Positions 11,601-21,300 of a stretch of 64,000 nucleotides of DNA are shown here, one piece after another (the stretch's first letter is position 1; each line of letters begins with the position of its first letter). Source of the stretch: an uncultured Veillonellaceae bacterium (GTDB lineage Bacteria > Bacillota > Negativicutes > JARBTT01). The position numbers and the translations under genes were made by a program. The DNA lies in assembly GCA_963805085.1 (NCBI GenBank), contig CAWDTA010000003.1, forward strand, positions 192,001 to 256,000, in the 5' to 3' direction. The notes below the pieces were generated by a model. It saw only the letters and a list, made by a program, of their open reading frames with translations. It did no database searches and had not been told where the DNA came from.

Positions 11601-13275
11601 ATTGAATCCCAATATTGATTTCGCCAATACCCCTTTTGTGGTTCAGCAAGAACTTACGGAATGGAAACGACCAGTGATTGAGCATGGTGGAGAAAAGAAA
11701 GAATATCCGCGAATTGCGGGCATATCGGCTTTTGGGGCGGGAGGAGCAAACGCCCATGTAGTGATTGAAGAATATATTCCCCAAGCAACGGAGCGACTTC
11801 AAATTGCAATTACCCCTCAGAATCCGGCAGTTATTGTTTTATCTGCCAAGCATGAAGATCGACTTCAAGAACAGGCACAACAATTATTAGAAGCAATCCG
11901 TGAACAGCAATTTTTAAACTTGGCTGATATGGCTTATACACTCCAGATTGGCCGTGAAGCAAAGGAAGAGCGTCTGGCCGTGGTTGTGGAATCAATCAAA
12001 CAACTTGAAGAAAAATTGGACAATTTCGTGAAAGGTCAGGATGATATTGAAGATCTTTATCGGGGGCAGGTCAAGCAAGATAAAGAAATGACAGCTTTAT
12101 TTACTGAAGATGAAGATATGACAAAAACGATCGACGCATGGATTGCTAAAGGAAAGTATGCGAAGCTTCTCGACCTATGGGTCAAAGGATTGTCATTTGA
12201 TTGGAACAAGCTGTATGGTGATACAAAACCTCATCGCATCAGTTTACCTACTTATCCATTTCTCAGGGACAGCTATTGGTTTCCAGAGTTTGAGATGAAA
12301 TTTGTTAGTGGAACGGAAGGGGCAGCCTTAGTAGGGAATACTCAACCAATTCCATCATCAGTCTCGCAAGAATCTTTGAAAATCAGCACCGTACAGCAAG
12401 GAATGACTATATCTAATATGTCTGATAAACCCCATGGTATCTCTTTACGATCTTTGTCAGACAACTCAAGATTAACAACTAACCCAGCGGGGCAAAACTT
12501 GCAATCGGTTCAATTAATGCCAACAGATATCCCTTCAGTTTCAGTGAGTAATATTTCACAGCCAATCAATGAGGCTGAACCTATGATAAATGTTCAAACA
12601 GCTGGTTCGGTGGAAATTTTACGGGAAGAATTGGCAACAAGCTTAGCGGAAGCCTTGTATATGAAGCCGAACGACATAGATCTTGATACAAAATTTATTG
12701 ATTTGGGGATGGATTCAATTATCGGCGTGGAATGGATTCAGACAATTAATAGTCGCTATGGAACTTCGATTGCAGCAACAAAAGTTTATGATTATCCGAC
12801 TATTAATGAATTCGCTAGTCATTTGGAAGCAAAACTTGCTAAACAAGGGAACAAAATCGTAAGTAATACAATGGTTTCGCTACCAAGTCTTCAGACATCT
12901 GAGCCAAGTGTCATCAAACCGCAGGTAAAACCAAAGCAATCAGTGGAAGCTTTACAGGAGGAACTGGCAACAAGCTTAGCGGAAGCTTTGTATATGAAGC
13001 CGAGCGACCTAGACATTGATACAAAATTTATTGATCTGGGGATGGATTCGATTATCGGCGTGGAATGGATTCAGACGATTAATAGTCGCTATGGAACTTC
13101 GATTGCAGCAACAAAAGTTTATGATTATCCGACTATTAATGAATTTGCTAAATTTATGGAAAAAGAATTGAGTAAATCAATTCCATCTCTTTCCTTGCAG
13201 GAAGTGCTGCAACAATTACAAAAAGGGACATTAGATAGGGATCAGGCGGATAAACTATTAAACCAAATTATGTAA
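5643..13275 (+). pseudogene. trans-AT PKS KS-DH-KR-ACP-KS-ACP-ACP, interrupted as read by 5 indels in the second KS (probably an intact gene with sequencing errors)
   Basis: AGGAGG RBS before ATG 5643. KS TACSSS/HGTGT/GHTSAAAG, DH DHVVQGQRVLPG...HPSLLDSALQ, KR GGAGGLG/GQADY, ACP GIDSIM. The second KS continues through ORF pieces 10378, 10653, 11041 and 11407 with frame changes near 10610, 10648, 11098, 11199 and 11360. It ends with two GMDSIIGVEW ACPs and a stop at 13275. Confidence 0.85.
12628..13150 (+). repeat. Duplicated beta-branching ACP coding sequence (2 copies, 333 bp apart)
   Basis: gaa(t/c)tggcaacaagcttagcggaagc at 12628 and 12961. Both ACPs read ...FIDLGMDSIIGVEWIQTINSRYGTSIAATKVYDYPTINEFA. 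Confidence 0.9.
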
Positions 13276-13328
13276 GAGAAAAATAAACAAAGAGAGAATA
13301 TAAAACTAATGTTAAAGGAGAAAAAAAT

Positions 13329-14585
13329 ATGATTAATGTTGGAATTGAAGCAATGAATGCTTTTGGCGGAACAGCTTATCTAGATGTGATGGAATTAGCT
13401 AGACATCGTCAATTGGATACCACAAGATTTGAAAATTTACTAATGAAAGAGAAGGCCGTAGCTTTGCCTTACGAAGATCCGGTTACCTATGCGGTCAATG
13501 CAGCTAAACCAATCATAGATGCACTCTCAGAGGCAGAGAAAAATCGGATTGAAATGTTGGTAACTTGCACAGAATCGGGGATTGATTTTGGAAAATCTAT
13601 GAGTACCTATATTCATCATTATTTAGGATTGAATCGAAATTGTCGCTTGTTTGAACTTAAAAATGCGTGTTATTCGGGAGTTGCAGGATTTCAGACTGCC
13701 GTGAATTTTATTCTATCTCAGGCTTCTCCTGGGGCCAAAGCTCTAGTGATTGCAACTGATATTTCCCGGTTTATTGCTGAAGAAGGCGGGGAAATGACTG
13801 CGGACTGGTCTTATGCAGAACCGAGTGCGGGCGCGGGAGCTGTGGCGGCTTTAGTTAGTGAAATGCCCCATGTATTTCAAGTGGATGTAGGAGCTAATGG
13901 ATACTATGGATATGAGGTGATGGATACTTGCCGCCCTACTCCTGATAGCGAAGCTGGGGATGCAGATTTATCTCTATTGTCCTATTTGGATTGTTGTGAA
14001 AACGCTTTTTTGGAATATAAAAAACGGGTTCCTGGCGTAGATTATCAAAAAACATTCCAGTATCTCGCTTTTCATACTCCTTTTGGTGGGATGGTGAAGG
14101 GAGCCCACCGTACGATGATGCGGAAAATGACCAAGGCAAAGCCTCCTGTGATAGAGGACGATTTCAAACAACGGGTGACGCCGGGAATGACTTATTGCCA
14201 ACGTGTCGGAAATATCATGGGTGCCACCATGTTGCTGTCACTGCTGAGTACTATAAATAACGGTCAGTTTGATTCTCCAAAGCGAATAGGCTGTTTTTCT
14301 TATGGTTCTGGTTGCTGTTCTGAGTTTTTCAGTGGAGTAACTACGGCGCAAGGGCAAGAAAGCCTGCATCGGTTTGGGTTTGAGCGTCAGCTTAATGAAC
14401 GTTATCGATTATCTATGGATGAATATACTGATACGTTGTATGGGAGTGGGATGGTGAGATTCGGCACTAGAAATACTAAGTTAGATTTAGATTTTATTCC
14501 AGGTGTAACGGCCTCGTGCCAAGGGAAAGGCCGATTGTTCCTAGATGAAATTAAAGAATTTCATCGTGAATATAGGTGGATCTAA
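13329..14585 (+). CDS. pksG: HMG-CoA synthase-like beta-branching enzyme (3-hydroxy-3-methylglutaryl-ACP synthase, PksG family)
   Basis: TESGIDFGKS, catalytic ELKNACYSG, FHTPF, VGNIMGA, FSYGSGCCSEFFSG. AAGGAG RBS upstream. Confidence 0.95.
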   Translation: MINVGIEAMNAFGGTAYLDVMELARHRQLDTTRFENLLMKEKAVALPYEDPVTYAVNAAKPIIDALSEAEKNRIEMLVTCTESGIDFGKSMSTYIHHYLGLNRNCRLFELKNACYSGVAGFQTAVNFILSQASPGAKALVIATDISRFIAEEGGEMTADWSYAEPSAGAGAVAALVSEMPHVFQVDVGANGYYGYEVMDTCRPTPDSEAGDADLSLLSYLDCCENAFLEYKKRVPGVDYQKTFQYLAFHTPFGGMVKGAHRTMMRKMTKAKPPVIEDDFKQRVTPGMTYCQRVGNIMGATMLLSLLSTINNGQFDSPKRIGCFSYGSGCCSEFFSGVTTAQGQESLHRFGFERQLNERYRLSMDEYTDTLYGSGMVRFGTRNTKLDLDFIPGVTASCQGKGRLFLDEIKEFHREYRWI

Positions 14586-15361
14586 TGAATTATCAGACGA
14601 TTAAGGTTCGTTTTCAAGAGTCAATATGTTTCTTGCAGTTTAACCGGCCTGAAGCCAATAATACGATCAATGATCTCTTGATTGAAGAATGTCATCATGT
14701 ATTGGCACTGTGTGAGGAATCGGCTACTATTTTGGTGTTGGAAGGCTCCCCGGAAGTCTTTTGTTTTGGGGCTGATTTCCAAGGAATACACCAAGGAATG
14801 CAGGAGAAAATTGGTGAACAACAACCAAGCACACGAACTCCGGAGCCTATGTATGATCTGTGGTTGAAATTGGCTACCGGATCGTTCATAACAATTTCCC
14901 ATGTCCGGGGAAAGGCCAATGCAGGAGGAGTAGGATTTGTTGCTGCTAGTGATATCGTGCTTGCCAATGAGACCGCACAGTTTAGTCTGTCCGAATTGTT
15001 ATTTGGACTTTTTCCTGCTTGTGTTATGCCATTTTTGATTCGTCGAATCGGATTTCAAAAAGCTCATTATTTGACATTGATGACTCAGCCGGTTTCGATT
15101 CAGCAGGCACATGCATGGGGCTTGGTTGATGCCTATGAAGTACAGAGCGAATCCTTGCTTCGCAAGCATTTACTTCGCCTCAGACGTTTATCCAAACCAG
15201 CCATATCGAGGTATAAACACTACATGAGTGAGCTTAATAATTCGCTGCTTCAATCCAAAGCAATGGCTTTAGCTGCTAACCAGGAGGTATTTTCTGACCC
15301 TCGTAATCTTGAGGGAATTTACTGGTATGTTGAAAAGGGAAAATTTCCGTGGGAGAGATGA
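14585..15361 (+). CDS. pksH: Enoyl-CoA hydratase ECH1 (HMG-ACP dehydratase, PksH family)
   Basis: Crotonase motifs FCFGADF, ANAGGVGFVAASD, FSLSELLFGLFPACV. ATG at 14585 overlaps the pksG stop (TAATG), consistent with translational coupling. Confidence 0.93.
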   Translation: MNYQTIKVRFQESICFLQFNRPEANNTINDLLIEECHHVLALCEESATILVLEGSPEVFCFGADFQGIHQGMQEKIGEQQPSTRTPEPMYDLWLKLATGSFITISHVRGKANAGGVGFVAASDIVLANETAQFSLSELLFGLFPACVMPFLIRRIGFQKAHYLTLMTQPVSIQQAHAWGLVDAYEVQSESLLRKHLLRLRRLSKPAISRYKHYMSELNNSLLQSKAMALAANQEVFSDPRNLEGIYWYVEKGKFPWER

Positions 15362-15365
15362 TATT

Positions 15366-18300
15366 ATGGGAATAAAGAGCAACAAAATGATAATAAAAAA
15401 AGAAGAAATTTTACGTGCAGTACAAGCAGGGGAAATAAGCCCTGAACAAGGATCAAAGGAACTAAGAGAAATGGCGGAAGAAACAGTAGTCAAACAGTTA
15501 AAACATAATTCATTGGATTCGTCTACAGAACAACATTCTACTAATAATTCAGTGCAACAAGCTGGCGTTGATTTCTATGAAGTAGAACCGGGTATTGTTC
15601 AATTGACAATGCAAGACCGAGTTAATAAAAATACGTTTTCCTATGAATTGATCTCTGGACTGATGAAATCGTTTGAAGTAATAAAGGACAATCCAAAATA
15701 CAAGGTTGTTATTCTAACTGGCTATGACAGTTATTTTGCCTCTGGTGGAACTAAAGAGGGTTTATTAGCCATATACGAAGGTAAGGCGAAATTTACCGAT
15801 ACTACCATTTATAGCCTTGCATTAGATTGTAAGATTCCGGTAATTGCTGCCATGCAAGGTCATGCGATTGGTGCTGGCTGGTCTATGGGGATGTTTTGTG
15901 ATTTTATTATTATGAGTCGAGAAAGTATTTATACCAGCAACTATATTAAATATGGTTTTACTCCGGGTGCTGGTGCAACATTAATTTTTCCAGAGAAACT
16001 GGGGGTTGGTTTAACTCAAGAAATTTTATTTACCGGAAAGAGATTTCACGGATCTGAATTGGAATCAAAAGGGATTCCTTTTCCGGTTTTGCCAAGAAAA
16101 GAAGTTCTCCCATACGCGATACAACTAGCAAAAACGTTATCAGATTCGCCTAGAGAAGCATTGATCGCATTAAAAGATCTTATGACTGAATCCATTAGAG
16201 AAAGGCTATCTTCTACCTATGAAAAAGAATTAAAAATGCATGAAAAAACTTTCGTAAATCAACCAGAAGTAAAAGAGAGGATTCAAATACAATATGGGCA
16301 GTCACCAGAAAATGATGATGACAAGAAATCTTTAGGATTAACTATGCACAAAGAAAAAAATATTCAAAGTGATACGAATCCTTCAATTGATTCTGTAGAT
16401 TCAAAAAAGGAAGGAGTATTTAAAGGGAATATAGAGATTCCTTCACAAGATTCAATTGCTATCATTGGCATGTCAGGACAATTTCCAAAGTCGAAAAACT
16501 TAGCTGAATTTTGGAATAATATCGCTCGGAGTAAAGATTGTATTTCTGAAATTCCCCAAACACGCTGGTCTATAGATAAGTTTTATGATCCTGACTCAAG
16601 AGTTCCAGGAAAAACCTATTGCAAATGCATGGGGGTTTTAGAGGACATTGATAAGTTTGATCCATTGTTTTTTGGTATTTCACCCGCAGAAGCAGAATTT
16701 ATGGATCCTCAGCAACGTCTATTTTTGGAAAACTGCTGGGGTTGTATTGAAGATGCTGGATTAAATCCTTCTTTATTATCTGGAAGCCGTTTTGGTGTTT
16801 TTGCGGGTTGCGCGCCTAGTGATTATGGGCAAGGACCAGGATTAAATGCTCAGGCATTTACGGGAGGAGCAAGTTCGATTCTAGCGGCAAGGATTTCGTA
16901 CTTGTTAAACTTGAAAGGCCCATGTTTAGCAATTGATACTGCGTGCTCCTCCTCTTTGGTGGCAATAGCCGAAGCTTGTAACAGTCTGATACTGCAAAAT
17001 ACTGATCTTGCATTAGCGGGTGGAGTATATGTTATGCCAGGCCCATCAATGCATATTCAGAGTAGTAAAACTGGAATGTTATCCCGAGATGGACGATGCT
17101 TTACCTTTGACAACAGGGCTAATGGTTTTGTTCCAGGAGAAGGAGTAGGAGTTGTTTTATTGAAACGACTCTCCGACGCAGTTCGGGATAATGATCCAAT
17201 TTATGGAGTGATTCGTGGTTGGGGAATTAATCAAGATGGAAAAACTAATGGGATTACTGCTCCGAGTGTAAATTCACAAATTCTCTTAGAAAAAGAAGTA
17301 TATCAACGTTTTGGAATTAATCCAGAAACAATATCTTTAGTAGAGGCTCATGGAACAGGGACAAAACTCGGTGATCCCATTGAAGTGGAAGCGCTTACTG
17401 AATCATTCCAGGCTTTTACACAGAAGAAGAACTATTGTGCGTTAGGATCAGTGAAAAGCAATATCGGTCACCTTTTATTAGCGTCAGGAGTAACTAGTGT
17501 AATTAAAGTATTACTTGCCTTGCAACACCGAATGTTGCCACCTACGATTAATTTTGAAACGTTAAATGAGCATATTTGTTTAGACAATACTCCGTTTTAT
17601 ATCAATACCAAATTACAACCTTGGGAAGTTACTTCAGGAACCCCTCGACGTGCTTGTGTAAGTGCTTTCGGGTTTAGCGGGACGAATGCCCATGTTGTTA
17701 TTGAAGAATATCCTTCCAACACAGCTAGAACACCAATCCTCACGAATACAAACAATCCGCTAATATTTGTATTGTCTGCAAAAAGTGAGGAACAATTAAA
17801 AGCCTATGCAGAATCCATGAAGAACTTCGCTGAATCACATGATGACTTCAATCTAGCAGATATGGCCTATACTTTACAGGTAGGGCGAGGCGCAATGGAT
17901 CATCGCTTGGCGTTTGTGGCGGATTCGAGAGATACTTTAGTGAAAGTATTAGGGGAGGTTGTAAATGATATTTCTTCGACAGAAATACTAGTAGGTCGGG
18001 TGAAAAAGAGGAAAAATGGAATGACGCAGGTAGAAGATACGAAAGCCTTGCTTCAAACTTGGATTCAGGAGAAGAAACTCAAAGAAATAGCACAATTATG
18101 GGTGAAAGGTTTTAATCTTGATTGGGACAAACTTTATATTGGTAGCAAACCTCGCCGAATAAGTCTACCCACCTATCCCTTTGCTAGGGAACACTATTGG
18201 ATACCAGAGAACAACATTGAATTGGCCGATACTACCGCTACAAATTCAGCTCAGGTATCCTCTATCCATCCTCTGTTACATCAAAACACCTCCGATTTTT

Positions 18301-21300
18301 CCGAACAACGTTTTAGTTCGACCTTGACGGGCCAAGAATTTTTTCTGGCGGATCATATTGTAAAAGGTCAACGGGTTTTGCCAGGGGTAGCCTATCTTGA
18401 AATGGCCCGGGCAGCAGTGGAGCAGGCAGTGGGAGCATTAGAAGAAGGGCAGACCGCAATACGGCTTAAAAACGTGGTTTGGGCTAGACCTATTGTCGTG
18501 GGTGACCAGCCGACCAAGGTGCACATTGGTCTGTTTCCCGAAGAAAACGGAGATATTACATATAACATTTATAGTGAATCAGATGCAGGTGACACAGAGC
18601 CAGTAGTATGCAGCCAAGGCAGCGCTGAATTAGGCTTGGTTTCAGAAGTCCCAGCATTGGATTTAAAGGCATTAAAGGCGCAGTGCTGCCAAAACACTTT
18701 TTCTTCCACCCAATGTTACGAGATATTTAGGGGCATGGAAATCAACTATGGTCCGGGACACCAGGGGATTGAGAAAGTATATGTAGGGTCTGGGCAGGTG
18801 TTGGCAAAGCTGTCATTACCTGCTTCAGTCTCCGATACTCAAAACCAATTCGTCCTGCATCCTAGTTTGGTAGATTCTGCTTTGCAGGCTTCGGTGGGTT
18901 TAATGATGGGCGATAGTAAGGATATGCCATCCGGCAGTAAAGCTCCTGTCAAGCCTTCTCTACCATTTGCTTTACGAGAACTTGAAGTCCGTAGCAGTTG
19001 TACTCCAATGATGTGGGCTTGGATTCAATACAGTGAGGGCAGCGCAGCAGAGGATAAAGTACAGAAGCTTGATGTCGATTTGTGCGACGAGCAAGGGAAT
19101 ATTTGTGTGAGGATGAAGGGATTTTCATTGCGAGTTCTAGAAGGAGAGCTTGGTTCGTTAAAGTCTTCGACAAATTTCGGAACTCTGATGTTGTACCCGG
19201 ACTGGAGAGAAAAAGATATTATTGAAGAAGCCCAAGTTCCTGACTATACTCAACATTTGGTGATGCTTTGTGAGCCGAATGAAGTTTTCCAAGAGAGCAT
19301 CGAAACTCAAATAAATGGAATACGTTGCATTACTTTGCAGTCCGAGCAGAAAGAACTCGGGGAACGATTTAATATCTATGCTGTTCAGCTGTTTAAAGAA
19401 ATCCAAAGCATCTTTAGGGAAAAACCAAAGGAGAAAGTATTGATTCAGGTTGTTGTTTTCAATCAAGAGGAACAGGAAATTTTTACCGGATTCTCTGGAA
19501 TATTGAAAACTGCTCAGCTTGAGAATCCTAAACTCATAGGGCAGCTTATTGAAGTTGAAGCGGCCGAAGATCCTATTTCAATTATAGAGAAACTGAAAGA
19601 AAATAGCCGCAGTCCAATCGATAACCATATTCGGTACCAGGATGGCAAACGTTTACTTGCTGCCCTATGTGAAGTGGAAGTTTCCCCGAAAATAGTGAAA
19701 ATTCCATGGAAAGATCAGGGGATTTATATGATTACTGGCGGTGCTGGAGGCCTAGGACTTACTTTTGCCAGAGAAATTGCTTATAAGGCCAAGGGTGTGA
19801 CCTTGATCCTAACGGGGCGATCCCCGTTGGATGAAAACAAGGAAGCCCAACTGAAAGAATTGCAGACCTTAGGTGCCAGGATCGAATACAAGCAAGTTGA
19901 TATGACTCAGAAGAAGGCTGTTGTCGACTTGATCCAAAGCATCAGGGAGGACTTCGGGAGTCTCAATGGCATCATCCATAGTGCTGGAGTCATTCGGGAC
20001 AACTTCATCCTTAAAAAGACTAAAGATGAGTTCTTAGAAGTTTTGGCTCCAAAGGTTAGCGGACTGGTCAATCTGGATCAGGCAAGCAATGATCTGCCGC
20101 TTGACTTCTTCATTCTCTTTTCCTCCATAGCAGGAAGGCTAGGCAACCCAGGTCAGGCAGACTACGCAGCCGCCAATGCCTTCATGGACGCCTATGCTAA
20201 GTATCGTAATGCTCTGGTGTTGACAAAACAACGACAAGGGCAAACGCTATCAATTGATTGGCCGCTGTGGCAAGAGGGCGGTATGCATGTTGATGAAGAA
20301 ACCGAAAAGAAGATGAGGCAGGACATAGGGATGATTGCTATGCAGACTTCAACTGGTATCAGAGCCTTGTATCAAGGATTAAGCTCCGGTAAGGATCAGG
20401 TCATGGTGATGGAAGGGGAGCTCAAACAGCTTCAGGCAACATTCTTGGGGCAGCCGTCCGGGAAAGAAGTTTTTAAGGCATCTTCCTCCATAGAAGGAAA
20501 TAAAGCAATGACAACAAATACACAAGAACTGCTTCAAGAAAAGGCTGTAAATTACTTCAAAAAGCTGCTTTCTTCAGTCATCAAGCTGCCACCGTATCGA
20601 ATCGAAGAGGATGCTCCAATGGAAAAATATGGGGTTGATTCGATCATGGGTATGCAATTAACCAATCAATTAGAAGAAACATTTGGATCGTTATCAAAAA
20701 CGTTATTTTTTGAATACCAAAACATTAAAGATTTAACCGGATATTTTCTCGAATCCTATCAAAATAAACTGATAGAATTGCTGGGGATTGAGGAGGAAGT
20801 AGCAGAAACAACCGAAAATACTACAGTTGTGCTAGAGCCTAAAAAATCCGTCCTGAGTAGTCGCAGGCGCTCTCGTTTTGCGGAATTTCGCACAGTAGCT
20901 CGGGAAGAAAAAACAACAGGAACTATGGATATCGCCATTATTGGTGTTTCCGGACGTTACCCCGGGTCGCGAAATATTCAGGAGTTCTGGACGAACCTGC
21001 AGGGTGGCAATGATTGTATTACAGAAATTCCTAAAGACCGCTGGGATCATAGCTTGTATTTCGATGAAGATAAGAACAAGCTAGGAAAAACTTACTGCAA
21101 GTGGGGAGGGTTTTTAGAAGATGTAGATCAATTTGATCCGTTGTTCTTCAATATCTCACCGCGGGATGCAGAGATTATGGATCCTATGACGCGTCTGTTC
21201 TTAGAGACCGTTTGGAATTTACTTGAAGACGCAGGATATACACGGGAGACCTTGCAGCAGATATATCAAGCAAGAGTTGGAGTTTATGTTGGTGCTATGT

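Noticed and set aside
10378-13275. ORFs 10378..10833, 10653..11141, 11041..11328 and 11407..13275 as separate genes
   Set aside because: They carry consecutive pieces of one KS(-ACP-ACP) in shifting frames, colinear with the paralogous KS at ~50710-52030.
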